DNA from: an uncultured Methylovirgula sp.
Lineage (GTDB): Bacteria; Pseudomonadota; Alphaproteobacteria; Rhizobiales; Beijerinckiaceae
DNA: 64,000 nt
Direction: 5' to 3'
NCBI RefSeq assembly: GCF_947646745.1
Contig: NZ_CANSHK010000002.1
Location: 20,816 to 84,815 of the forward strand
Part shown: piece by piece, positions 48,126 to 58,351 of the stretch
Layout of the letters: each line of letters begins with the position of its first letter
Numbering within the stretch: the stretch's first letter is position 1
Notes under the pieces: model-generated
Database searches by the model: none
Told to the model about the DNA's origin: nothing
The model's input: the letters and a program-made list of their open reading frames with translations, nothing else
Program-made: the position numbers and the translations under genes

Positions 48126-48270
48126 GCAGCAGGCGGCGGCTGGGTGCCGGTTCTGCTTGGGGCAAGGATCGGCTTCGGTGCGCTTGCGGCTTGCGCTGCC
48201 GGCAATGTTCGCTTACATGCTGCCGGCGCGCCGCTTTCGGCGGCGCCGGTGGTCCGCCTCACGGACGTGA

Positions 48271-48346
<76 letters not shown>

Positions 48347-48589
48347 CTAAAATCAAAGACTTAGCGGCATCAAAGCCTTTAGCGGCAAAGCCCGAAGAAC
48401 GTCGCGAGTCGGTGCGGCTGCAAAACGGTGCCCGTCGGATGCCGGACTGTCGTTCTTCAGGCCAGCAAAGCGGTCTGAGCCAGCGGCCGCTGCGCGACCA
48501 TCTGCGTCTTAGGTGAATCACCGCGCGCCGCGCCCTGACGTCCTCCATCTCGACGCGGGCCGATTCGCTTGCGATCGCGGGATGCGGTT

Positions 48590-50167
48590 TCAATCGGGCT
48601 GTGCTAGATGAGGCCCGGTATTGCGATCGACCACCTCCGGCTTCGAAGCATCGATCAATCCGTTCCAACCGCCGCCAAGCGCCTTGTTGAGCGCAATGTA
48701 GTCCGTCGCAATCAGGACATGGCTTTGAAGGAGCGAATCTTCAGCGCTGTAAAGTGATCGCTCGGCAAGCAACACATCGAGGAAGCTCGATGATCCGGCC
48801 TTGTAAAGGGATTGCGATAGGCTGGCCGCCTGCCGATACGCCGTGACCGAGCTCGCGAGCGCGCGTTTGCGAGAGCGTTCCTTGGCGAGAGAAACGAGCG
48901 CGTCTTCGACGTCCCGGAGCGCGGCAAGAACCGACGCTTCATAGGCGACGAAATATTGGTCGCGCTGCGCTTGCGCAATCCCAACCGCAGCCCACAATTT
49001 ACCGCCATTAAAGATCGGCACGCTCAGGGTCGGGCCGAATGACCAGCTGATCGACGAATTCTTGCCGAGATCGCCGAGCTGAGTGCCCGCGGTCGCTATG
49101 CTCCCGGTGAGGCTGACGCGCGGATAGAGGGCAGCATCGGCCTGTCCGATCTTGGCCGTGGATTGCGCATATTGGCGTTCGGCAAGACGGACGTCCGGAC
49201 GCGTCAATAAGATATCGGCCGGAATGCCCGTCGGGATTGGCAGTTTCGGCACCGGAATCGGCGCGACGTTCACCAGCCGGCTTTCCAAGGCCGTAGGCTG
49301 CTGCCCCGTCAAGACGGACAATCGATGCACGGCTTCGGCATAAGCTGTTTCGAGCGTGGGGATCGCAGCGCGCGTGGTTGCGGCCTGACCTGTCGCGTTC
49401 GCGAGATCGACGGCTGAAGCGCTGCCCGCGGCCAGGCGATTGCGGGTGATTTGAGTCGTTTCGTCCTGGGATGCAGCGGTCCGCCGGGCGAGCGCGATGC
49501 GCGCTTGGTATCCGCGTGCCTGAACGTAATTGGAGGCGATGTCGCCGACGAGCGTCAACAGGACGTTGCGAAGATTCTCGTCAGAGGCATCGACACCGTA
49601 GGCAGCCGCCTCGACCGCGCGCCGGTTCGCACCAAACAGATCAAGCTCCCAGCTCGCATCGAAGCCTGTCTGAAATAACGTATAGGGTCCGACGAGGCTT
49701 GATTGAAAAGGCGAGGATGTGTTGCCGGCGGCGGGAGTCCCCGCCATAGCTCCTTGAGAGAAGATGGAAGCCTTGGCACGCGTGAGCGAGTCATTGTTTG
49801 CGACCGTCGGAAACAGCGCACCAACGGCTTGATTGTAGCTCGCGCGCGCCTCGCGAATTCTCGCTTTGGCCGTCGCCACATCGAGGTTGCCATCGACCGC
49901 TTGTTGCATGAGTTGATCCAGCATCGGATCATGAAGGCGCCTCCACCAGCGCGACAATTCGAGCGGACGGGAGGGGTTCGTGCCTTCTGCCTCACTCCAG
50001 TGCGCAGGCATTGCGGGCCACGGCGTTTGATAGTCCGGACCAACGGCGCATCCAGCCAGGATCGTTCCACATCCAGCCAACAAGACCGTCTTGAGAGACA
50101 GGTTATGGATACGCTTCGAAGAGGCGGCAAGCGTCCGGCCGATCCTTATCGCCGCTAGTGTTCTCAT
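48590..50167 (-). CDS. Efflux outer-membrane factor lipoprotein (NodT family)
   Basis: The start is set at MRTLAAI...; lipobox ILAGCA. Two TolC-like repeats. It lies 20 nt downstream of the RND permease stop. Confidence 0.85.
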   Translation of the reverse strand: MRTLAAIRIGRTLAASSKRIHNLSLKTVLLAGCGTILAGCAVGPDYQTPWPAMPAHWSEAEGTNPSRPLELSRWWRRLHDPMLDQLMQQAVDGNLDVATAKARIREARASYNQAVGALFPTVANNDSLTRAKASIFSQGAMAGTPAAGNTSSPFQSSLVGPYTLFQTGFDASWELDLFGANRRAVEAAAYGVDASDENLRNVLLTLVGDIASNYVQARGYQARIALARRTAASQDETTQITRNRLAAGSASAVDLANATGQAATTRAAIPTLETAYAEAVHRLSVLTGQQPTALESRLVNVAPIPVPKLPIPTGIPADILLTRPDVRLAERQYAQSTAKIGQADAALYPRVSLTGSIATAGTQLGDLGKNSSISWSFGPTLSVPIFNGGKLWAAVGIAQAQRDQYFVAYEASVLAALRDVEDALVSLAKERSRKRALASSVTAYRQAASLSQSLYKAGSSSFLDVLLAERSLYSAEDSLLQSHVLIATDYIALNKALGGGWNGLIDASKPEVVDRNTGPHLAQPD

Positions 50168-50186
50168 GAGATCGCCCTGTCGCTTG

Positions 50187-53100
50187 TCAGTCTTGTGCGT
50201 CGGCCGTGCTCGGCTTGGCGGCGCTCCGAGGCGCGCCTGTCCGCTCGGTCTTCCCAAAGACCCGGCAGACCAACACGAACAACAGCGGCACGAAGAAAAC
50301 GCCGAGCACCGTTGCAGCAAGCATGCCGCCCATGACGCCGATGCCGATTGAATTCTGAGCTCCCGAACCGGCGCCGCTCGCGACCGCCAAAGGTGTAACG
50401 CCGAGGATGAACGCGAAGGACGTCATGAGAATCGGGCGTAGACGCTGCTTCGCGGCGATCAGCGTGGCTTTTATCAACTCTAGTCCCGCCTCTTGGCGGG
50501 CGATCGCGAATTCGATGATGAGAATGGCGTTCTTGGCGGCGAGGCCGATCGTCGTTAACAGGCCGACCTTAAAGTAGACGTCATTGGTCTGGCCGAACAA
50601 CAGCGCCGCAGACAAGGCTCCGAGAACGCCAACCGGGACTGACAGCATGACCGCAAAAGGTATCGACCAACTCTCATAGAGGGCGGCAAGACACAGGAAG
50701 ACAACAAGGATGGAGACGGCATAGAGCGAGATCGCTTGTTCGCCGGAGAGCTGCTCTTGTCGCGAAAGAGCGGTCCACTCATGATCGAAGCCCGCGGGCA
50801 AGGCGGCGACGAGACGATCGATCTCAGCGATGGCGCTGCCTGAGCTGACGCCTGGGGCTGCGTCGCCTTGGATCTCGACGGCCGGCGACCCATTGTAGCG
50901 CTCAAGACGCGGCGAACCGAACGTCCAGCGGCCGGATGCGAAAGCCGAGAACGGCACCATCCTTCCGGAGGCATTGCGGACTTGCCACCGGTCGAGATCT
51001 TCCGGCTGCATTCGAAAATCCGGGGCCGATTGAAGATAGACTTTCTTGATGCGTCCGCGATCGATGAAGTCATTCACATAGCTGCTACCCCAAGCCATAG
51101 AAAGTGTGCTGTTGATCGTGGTGAGATCGACGCCGAGGGCGCTCGCCTTCTCCTGGTCGATATCGATGGAAAATTGCGGCGTGTCGTCTTGACCATTTGG
51201 GCGGACATTGCTCAACAGCCGGCTTCCTGCGCCGGCGGCGAGCAATCGATCGCGGACGGCCATGAGCTTTTCATGACCGGCACCGGCGATGTCTTTCAGG
51301 TAGAAATCGAAACCATTGCTCGTGCCCAATCCATCAACAGCGGGGGGCGCCAGGGCGAAGACCTGAGCGTCCTTGATATTGGCGAAGGCTGTCATCGCCC
51401 TTCCCGCGATTGCGTCGGCGGTGAGATTAGGCGCTTTGCGTTCGGCGAAGTCTCTCAACCGTACGAAGGCCATCCCGACGTTCTGGCCCTGCCCTGAAAA
51501 CGCAAAGCCCGCCACTGTCATTACACCCTCGACGGCTTTCATTTCGCGATCAACGAAATACCGGCTGACGCGATCGAGAACGCGTCGCGTGCGGTCTGCC
51601 GTGGCGCCAGCTGGCAATTGCGCCACGACCATTAGAAGGCCCTGGTCCTCTTTTGGTAGGAACGAACTCGGCAAGCGGGCGAACATCACGCCGGACGCGG
51701 CGACAATTAGAACGAATGCGATAACCCCGCACCATGGCCGCCGCAGCATGGCGCGCGTGCCGCGATGATAAGCTTGCGTACTTTCTTCGAGCGCGCTGTT
51801 GAACCAGCCGAATGGCCACCGTCTCGCGTCGTGCAATTTCCGCGGCCGCAGAATGGTCGCGCAGAGCGCCGGCGTCAGAATCAACGCGACGAAGACCGAC
51901 AATATCATCGCCGAGACGATCGTTATCGAAAACTGGCGGTAGATGACGCCGACCGAGCCGCCAAAAAAGGCCATCGGCACGAACACCGCCGAAAGCACTG
52001 TCGTGATGCCGATCAGGGCTCCCGTGATCTCCGTCATCGACTTGGCCGTTGCATCGCGCGGCGATAAACCCTCGCTTTGCATGATGCGCTCGACATTCTC
52101 AACCACGACGATGGCATCATCGACGAGAAGCCCGATCGCAAGCACCATGGCGAACATGGTTAGCGTGTTAATCGAGTAACCCGCGAACGTCAGGATGCCC
52201 AGCGTCCCTAGGAGAACGACGGGAACCGCGAGCATCGGGATCAATGTCGCGCGAACGTTTTGCAAGAACAGCAGCATAACGGCAAAAACCAGCGCGATTG
52301 CTTCGACCAGAGTGCGCGCCACCTCGGCGATTGAGATCCGAACGAAGGGAGTCGTGTCGTAGGGATAGACGACTTGCATGCCTCTCGGGAATGTTGGCGT
52401 AAGCCGGTCAATGACTTCCTTGACTGCGGCAGCCGTGCGGATTGCGTTGGCGCCGGTCGCGAGGTAGATGGCGAGCCCGGTCGCCGGCAAACCATTGTAG
52501 GTCGATGATGTATTATAATCTTCGGAGCCGAGCTCGACGGTTGCGACATCGTTGATGCGAACAATTGATCCGTCGGAGGCGCTCTTCAGGATAATGTTGC
52601 GGAACTGCTCCGGCGTCTGCAACCGGCTTCGAGCGGTAACGGTTGCGTTGAGTTGCTGCCCCTTGCGCGCGGGCAAGCCGCCGAGTTGGCCGGCCGATAC
52701 CTGCATATTCTGAGCCTGGATCGCGGCTGCGACGTCGGCTGGGGTCAAGGCATATTTGGCCAACCTGTCCGGATCAAGCCAGATCCGCATTGCATAACCT
52801 GCGCCGAAGAGCTGCGTATTGCCGACGCCATCAACGCGCTTCAGCGTGTCATTGAGCGAACTTTGGACATAGTCCGACAGATCAATCTCGCTCATTCTCC
52901 CGTCGGTCGAAACGAAGCCGACGACCATCAGGAAGCCGGCCGATGATTTGGTGACGGTGAGGCCGGTGCTCTGCACCATTGGCGGCAGCAGCGCAGTAAC
53001 GAGCTGCAGCTTGTTCTGCACCTGCATCTGCGCGACATCAGAGTTCGCTTTGCTTGTGAACGTCAGCGTGACCTCGGCCTGCCCGGTCGAGGTTGACGTC

Positions 53101-53342
53101 GCGGCCATATAATCGAGATTGTCGAGACCCGTCATGCCTTGCTCAATGACCTTGGTCACCGAATTCTCGACCGTCTGCGCGTCCGCGCCGGGATAGCTGG
53201 CATCGATCTGGATAGTGGCCGGTGCGATTTCGGGATATTGCGAGATCGCAAGCGTGTTCAACGCCAGGACGCCGCCGAGCGCGATGACGATGGCGATTAC
53301 CCAAGCGAAAATTGGTCGTTTGATGAAGAAGGCCGATATCAT
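50187..53342 (-). CDS. Multidrug RND efflux permease (AcrB/MexB-type, HAE1)
   Basis: [20 protein letters not shown]... N-terminus. TM4 motif [20 protein letters not shown]. 1051 aa. Confidence 0.93.
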   Translation of the reverse strand: MISAFFIKRPIFAWVIAIVIALGGVLALNTLAISQYPEIAPATIQIDASYPGADAQTVENSVTKVIEQGMTGLDNLDYMAATSTSTGQAEVTLTFTSKANSDVAQMQVQNKLQLVTALLPPMVQSTGLTVTKSSAGFLMVVGFVSTDGRMSEIDLSDYVQSSLNDTLKRVDGVGNTQLFGAGYAMRIWLDPDRLAKYALTPADVAAAIQAQNMQVSAGQLGGLPARKGQQLNATVTARSRLQTPEQFRNIILKSASDGSIVRINDVATVELGSEDYNTSSTYNGLPATGLAIYLATGANAIRTAAAVKEVIDRLTPTFPRGMQVVYPYDTTPFVRISIAEVARTLVEAIALVFAVMLLFLQNVRATLIPMLAVPVVLLGTLGILTFAGYSINTLTMFAMVLAIGLLVDDAIVVVENVERIMQSEGLSPRDATAKSMTEITGALIGITTVLSAVFVPMAFFGGSVGVIYRQFSITIVSAMILSVFVALILTPALCATILRPRKLHDARRWPFGWFNSALEESTQAYHRGTRAMLRRPWCGVIAFVLIVAASGVMFARLPSSFLPKEDQGLLMVVAQLPAGATADRTRRVLDRVSRYFVDREMKAVEGVMTVAGFAFSGQGQNVGMAFVRLRDFAERKAPNLTADAIAGRAMTAFANIKDAQVFALAPPAVDGLGTSNGFDFYLKDIAGAGHEKLMAVRDRLLAAGAGSRLLSNVRPNGQDDTPQFSIDIDQEKASALGVDLTTINSTLSMAWGSSYVNDFIDRGRIKKVYLQSAPDFRMQPEDLDRWQVRNASGRMVPFSAFASGRWTFGSPRLERYNGSPAVEIQGDAAPGVSSGSAIAEIDRLVAALPAGFDHEWTALSRQEQLSGEQAISLYAVSILVVFLCLAALYESWSIPFAVMLSVPVGVLGALSAALLFGQTNDVYFKVGLLTTIGLAAKNAILIIEFAIARQEAGLELIKATLIAAKQRLRPILMTSFAFILGVTPLAVASGAGSGAQNSIGIGVMGGMLAATVLGVFFVPLLFVLVCRVFGKTERTGAPRSAAKPSTADAQD

Positions 53343-53345
53343 CTA

Positions 53346-54554
53346 TCAGCCTTTGTTCGGCTGACTTTCGGACACAGCAGCCTTGGGTTCGCGCACCTCT
53401 CCTGTCGTGTCGTCAATGATGACTTCGGCACCAGTGGCCTGTTGGCCGGGACGCACCAACTGGGTGCCCTCCACAATCACCCTGTCGCCGTCCTCGACAC
53501 CGTGGGTAACCAGCCAATTGTTGCCGACACTGCGACCCGTGATGAGCACTCGCTCCTCGACTTTGTCGCCCCTGCCGAGGAACATGGCCGTCGCCTCGCC
53601 CTTCGTGTTGCGGGTAACGGCGCGCTGCGGCACGAGGAAGCTATTTGGTGCGACGCCCTCCTCCACGATAGCCCGGACGTACATGCCCGGCAGAAGTAAC
53701 CGTTTCGGATTGGAAAAGACGGCTCTGACCGTAAACGTCCCGGTTTCGAGGCTGACGTTGGCCTCGGAAAATTCGAGTTTGCCGCCCAGCGGATAAATTG
53801 CGCCGTTCTCGAGCCTCAGCCTGACGTTGACATTGAGTCCCGACACCTTAATGCGTCCCGCGTCGATTGCCTGACGCAGATTGAGCAGGTTCGTGCTCGA
53901 TTGGGTGACGTCGACGTAAATCGGATCGAGAGTACGAATAGTTGTCAGCGCTGTGCTCTGGCCTGCCGTCACCAAGGCGCCAGGGGTGAGCGAGGATTTG
54001 CCGGTGCGGCCCCCGATTGGTGCCCTGATCGTGGTGTAATCGAGATTGATCTTTGCCGTCGCGGCATTGGCCTTGGCGGTCGCAACGTCGGCTTTCGCCT
54101 GCGCTAAGGCGGCAAATGCGTCGTCGAGGTCCTGCTTGCTGACCGCGTTCTGACTAACCAATCCCTGATATCGTGCGAACTTGGCCTGCGCGCTTGGCAC
54201 CGCTGCTTCGGCCTTTTCCAGCGCCGCAACGGCGCTGTCATAGGCCGCCCGATAAGGCGCGGCGTCGATCTGATAGAGAGGCGCGCCTTCAACGACCTCG
54301 CTGCCCTCCTCGAATAGGCGCCTCTGGATGATCCCGGCGATCTGCGGACGGACCTCAGCCTCCAGCGAGGCAACGACGCGCCCGGGCAACTCCGCTGTGA
54401 TCGCGACGGTCTCAGGGTGCAGCGTAACGACGCTGACCTCCTGACGTCCCGGCGGCAACGATTCAACCGTACCGTTTGATCCAGAGTCGCAGCCGGCGAG
54501 AGCGAGCAGCGCCGCGCCAGCGCCGATTGCCGCACATATCGAATGACGTCGCAT
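53346..54554 (-). CDS. RND efflux periplasmic adaptor (AcrA/MexA-type)
   Basis: Lipobox LALAGCDS. Coiled-coil and barrel-sandwich segments. The start is the ATG at 54554, or the GTG at 54575. Confidence 0.88.
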   Translation of the reverse strand: MRRHSICAAIGAGAALLALAGCDSGSNGTVESLPPGRQEVSVVTLHPETVAITAELPGRVVASLEAEVRPQIAGIIQRRLFEEGSEVVEGAPLYQIDAAPYRAAYDSAVAALEKAEAAVPSAQAKFARYQGLVSQNAVSKQDLDDAFAALAQAKADVATAKANAATAKINLDYTTIRAPIGGRTGKSSLTPGALVTAGQSTALTTIRTLDPIYVDVTQSSTNLLNLRQAIDAGRIKVSGLNVNVRLRLENGAIYPLGGKLEFSEANVSLETGTFTVRAVFSNPKRLLLPGMYVRAIVEEGVAPNSFLVPQRAVTRNTKGEATAMFLGRGDKVEERVLITGRSVGNNWLVTHGVEDGDRVIVEGTQLVRPGQQATGAEVIIDDTTGEVREPKAAVSESQPNKG

Positions 54555-55443
54555 CTGCTCCGACTTTTCCACCAAGCATAGATGATCGTGCCGGCCGAGG
54601 GCCGAGCACCAATTTTGCTAGCCGGCGAGAATTGGCCGACCGTGGAGATTTGACGGAGGTCGCATGGACGAAGCAAAACATGCCGGTCTTTCTGGATGCC
54701 GGTCTGAATTAGAATTTCGTTTTCTATCAAGCTCTTGCGGAACTTGCGCAAGAACGCATCGCTTCCTTTCGATCGCCTCGATTGGAGTGAAAGTTTATCT
54801 TGATGGCACGAGGCCATGCGGGCATTGGAATTTATGAAAATGGGAATGAGACGGACATGAAGACAATGTTATTGCCGATGCCCTTCTGCCTCGGAGGGGG
54901 GCGCAATTCTCTGCCAATGCGGCGGCGATGCGACTTGACGCCGCGCTTCCCAATCCGCACTCGGGGGTGAAGACTGGGTGCAATGCGGGCCCCGCGCGAG
55001 CGCCCCGAACCGGTTCTCTTGAGGCTCCCCGAGGGTTTTTGGCGGGTACGGATATTGATGGCACCGTCCGTACCGCGGGAGGAAAGTGCCATGGCTATCA
55101 TGGATGGGATGGGGCGTCTGGCCGAAACGTTTTGGCCGACCGCACAAGCTCATCTGAGCTCCGCTTGTCCCACATTCCACGCACGCGGCTGATGTCGAAG
55201 CGGCTCCGACAGCGGCGTGTGAGATCCGCATCTATCCGAACGCCCAGTCAGCATTTATTCATGCTGGCAGAGCGATGACATCGGAACCTAAGCCTCTAAC
55301 TTTCAAAGTTAAGCAGAAAACGAATCGCTGTGATATTGGAAGCTGGATTTGATCGTCGGCGGGTTGGCGCAACAGCGATGTCCTTAGGCATCCTTGGCTC
55401 ACGCGCCGACTCACACGCCGAAACTTTGTAAACAGACGAAACC

Positions 55444-56853
55444 ATGCACAACGCCTCAGCGGACTTCTTCGATATCGCGACCCTGCTCAAGACGCATGAA
55501 TCCGAACGCTACGATCTCCATACGCGGTATCTGAACGACATGATGGTGCGCGCTTTACGCACCATCGGCTTTGATGTCGCCTTCCAGCGCGGCACTGGCC
55601 AATATCATTATGACAAGGCCGGTGCACGCTATCTCGATCTCTTGAGCGGCTGGGGGGTTTTCGCAGTCGGCCGCAATCATCCGACCGTGCGGGCCGCTTT
55701 GCAGTGCGTGATCGAGGCCGATTTGCCGAACCTCGTACAGATGGATGTGACGACGCTGGCCGGCCTCCTCGCCGAACGGCTTCTGCACTTCGTGCCTTAC
55801 CTCGACAAAGTCTTTTTCGCCAATTCTGGGACGGAGGCGGTCGAGGCGGCAATCAAGTTCGCTCGCGGTGTGACCGGCCGGCAAAATATCCTTTATTGCA
55901 GCAACGCATTTCACGGCCTGACCTATGGCGCGCTGTCGCTCAACGGTGACGCGACATTCCGCGAGGGCTTCGGTGGATTTCTGCCCGGCTGCCAGGAGGT
56001 TCGCTTCAACGATCTGGAGGCGCTCGAACGAGCGCTTGCGAGTCGCGAAATCGCCGCCTTTTTCGTCGAGCCGATTCAAGGCAAAGGCGTCAATGTCGCA
56101 GACGACGATTACCTTAAAGGCGTTCGGGCGCTGTGCAGCAAATACGGCACTTTGTTCGTCGCCGACGAAATCCAGACGGGGCTCGGCCGTACCGGCAGAT
56201 TTCTTGCGACCGAACACTGGAATGTCGAGCCGGACATGGTCTTGCTCGCCAAGGCGCTTTCCGGTGGTCATGTGCCGATCGGCGCGGTTCTCATGCGTAA
56301 GAAAATCTTCGAGGCGACCTTTAACCGCATGGATCGCATGGCCGTCCACGGTTCGACCTTCGCGAAGAACGATTTGGCGATGGCCGCGGGTCTTGCGACG
56401 CTGGAAATAATCAAGTCCGAGCGGCTTATCGAGAATGCGGCGCGGCAAGGCCAGCGGCTGTTCGACTTTTTCGGGCGTTTCGCGGAGCGCTACGAACTCG
56501 TCAAGACTGTGCGCGGCAAGGGATTGATGATCGGGCTTGAATTCGGACCGCCGCACAGCTTCAAGTTGAAGACCGCCTGGACCTTGCTCGAATCCGTACG
56601 CGCGGGCCTATTCTGCCAGCTCATCATTATCCCGTTGTTCAAAGACCATAAGATCGTGGCCCAAGTGGCGGCCAATGCGAGTCATACGATCAAGCTGCTG
56701 CCGCCGCTCAACATCAGCGATGCGGATTGCACCTGGATCGAACAAGCGTTCGATAGCGTCGTGGCTGACGCGCATCGCGTACCCGGTGCCATCTGGTCGC
56801 TCGGCAGGACTCTCGCGGAGAACGTGCGCCGCAGCAGCAAGAGCGCGGGCTGA
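55444..56853 (+). CDS. Class-III (ornithine/GABA-type) PLP aminotransferase
   Basis: SGTEAVEAAIKFAR, DEIQTGLGRTG, and the PLP lysine in LLAKALSGG. 469 aa. Confidence 0.85.
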   Translation: MHNASADFFDIATLLKTHESERYDLHTRYLNDMMVRALRTIGFDVAFQRGTGQYHYDKAGARYLDLLSGWGVFAVGRNHPTVRAALQCVIEADLPNLVQMDVTTLAGLLAERLLHFVPYLDKVFFANSGTEAVEAAIKFARGVTGRQNILYCSNAFHGLTYGALSLNGDATFREGFGGFLPGCQEVRFNDLEALERALASREIAAFFVEPIQGKGVNVADDDYLKGVRALCSKYGTLFVADEIQTGLGRTGRFLATEHWNVEPDMVLLAKALSGGHVPIGAVLMRKKIFEATFNRMDRMAVHGSTFAKNDLAMAAGLATLEIIKSERLIENAARQGQRLFDFFGRFAERYELVKTVRGKGLMIGLEFGPPHSFKLKTAWTLLESVRAGLFCQLIIIPLFKDHKIVAQVAANASHTIKLLPPLNISDADCTWIEQAFDSVVADAHRVPGAIWSLGRTLAENVRRSSKSAG

Positions 56854-56884
56854 TTGGCCCCTCGGCAGCGCGAAGCGTTTTGGC

Positions 56885-58351
56885 CTAATATTTCGCGTTG
56901 CTGAGCGTCACCGGGCTCGAGTCGAATTTGTAGATCAACCCGGCGACGGCGGATTGTATTTCCGGGTGAAAATGGATGGCATCGCCTTGCCCGGCGGCGG
57001 AGAAGGTGCCGATGTCGCGCGCGCCATATTGGGCATAGCGATATTCGATCTGCCAGAACCACCCCGGCGCCAATTGCGCCTCGATCCCATCGCCGAGCAG
57101 CCAGCCGTTGGTCGTCAATCCATGCGTCGAGACGCCGGAAGGTGCCCCGTTGGCGCTATCCAGCATTTCGCTGCCACCGAAGTGCGCCTGGGTGAAGCCA
57201 AATTTGCTGTAGGTCAGAATCTGCGGCGTCGCGAGGAAACCCAGCCGCGCACCGCCGCCCCACGACCAGCGCTCGACAAGGGTTGCGGCTTGTCCGGCAG
57301 GTTCGTCCTGAATCGTTCCGGAGAGGCCCGCAGGATCGAAATCGCCGAACGCGCCCGCAACGATTTTGCCGGTCAATTGATAATCGTAGCCGAGGCCGAT
57401 GCGCCCGCCGATGCCGCGGCCGCCCTGGATCTGATCGACGCAGGTGACGCAGGCGCCATAGGCCGTCTTGACAATTGTATCGGCACTCGAGATGCCATAG
57501 CCCGCGCCAGCCTCGAGATAAGGTCCGGTCCAGAGCGAGGGCCCCGTCGGCGGTGCGATCAGATCCTGGACGAGGTCGCCGACCCCGAAAGGCGGCAAGC
57601 CCGCAGGATTCATCGCGGGCCAGCCGAATTTATAGACGATCCCGCTCGTGACCGTCTGCACGATCGGATGGACTCGCAGATCATCGAGGCGTCCGGCCGC
57701 GCCATTATCGCCGAGAACCCGCGCGCCATAATCCGCCAGGCGATATTCACTGCGCCAGAACCAGCCCGGCGCCAGTGCCGTCTCCAGCCCGCCGCCGACG
57801 AACCAGCCAGGGGTGTCGAAGCCGGATATCGAATTGCCGCTGACGGCGCCGTTTGTCGTGCGCAGCAAATCGGAGCCGGTGAAATGGCTTTGTGTGAAGC
57901 CGGCGTCGGCATAGGCAAAAATATCGGGCGTGATGAGCGTTCCGAGCCGGACGCCAGCGGCCCAGGACCACGTCTCCCGCACATTGCCGGTTACGTTCGC
58001 GGCCTGATCTTGCAGCGTGCCGCGCAGGCCGCCGTAGCTTCCGTCGGCGAAGGCGCCGGCGACGAATTGCCGGGCGAATTGATAATCGAAGCCAGCGCCC
58101 ACGCGACCGAAAAAGCCGCGGCCGCCCTGAACCTGATCGAGGCAGAGCGCGCAGCCGGTGCTGGCGGGCACGCGCGTCGTCGTATTCGCCGCCCATTCGC
58201 CGTAGCCGCTGCCGACATCGACGTGAAAGCCCGTCCAGCCGAAGGCCGGAACGGGTGACGCTTTCGCGGAAGGCAGATCGGCCGCCAAGGCGGTGGTGGC
58301 GATAAGGGCGAAGCCAAACCCCAAGCCTGCAGCCCTATACGTGATTCCCAT
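56885..58351 (-). CDS. Outer-membrane beta-barrel protein, tandem Omp25/Omp31-like duplication (paralogue of 11361-12812)
   Basis: Signal peptide ...TTALA/ADLPS. Two homologous halves, each with a Cys pair before the GGRG motif (STGCALCLDQVQGGRG; YGACVTCVDQIQGGRG) and terminal IVYKFGW / LIYKF strands. Confidence 0.85.
   Translation of the reverse strand: MGITYRAAGLGFGFALIATTALAADLPSAKASPVPAFGWTGFHVDVGSGYGEWAANTTTRVPASTGCALCLDQVQGGRGFFGRVGAGFDYQFARQFVAGAFADGSYGGLRGTLQDQAANVTGNVRETWSWAAGVRLGTLITPDIFAYADAGFTQSHFTGSDLLRTTNGAVSGNSISGFDTPGWFVGGGLETALAPGWFWRSEYRLADYGARVLGDNGAAGRLDDLRVHPIVQTVTSGIVYKFGWPAMNPAGLPPFGVGDLVQDLIAPPTGPSLWTGPYLEAGAGYGISSADTIVKTAYGACVTCVDQIQGGRGIGGRIGLGYDYQLTGKIVAGAFGDFDPAGLSGTIQDEPAGQAATLVERWSWGGGARLGFLATPQILTYSKFGFTQAHFGGSEMLDSANGAPSGVSTHGLTTNGWLLGDGIEAQLAPGWFWQIEYRYAQYGARDIGTFSAAGQGDAIHFHPEIQSAVAGLIYKFDSSPVTLSNAKY

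Noticed and set aside
48200-48262. GC-rich hairpin after leuA as a terminator (CCGGCGCGCCGC-TTTC-GGCGGCGCCGG)
   Set aside because: The stem is imperfect and is not followed by a T run, so I could not support an intrinsic terminator call. It may still be a structured 3' end.
54795-55278. Several 69-120-aa ORFs on both strands in the RND / aminotransferase spacer
   Set aside because: They mutually overlap, lack ribosome-binding sites, have Arg/Pro/Gly/Ser-biased sequence, and show no recognisable family motif. The interval is treated as non-coding or decayed (see the finding at 54555-55443).
56675-58258. 527-aa ORF on the plus strand
   Set aside because: It overlaps the 3' end of the aminotransferase gene in another frame and is antisense to the tandem-barrel OMP gene. 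The composition is not protein-like.
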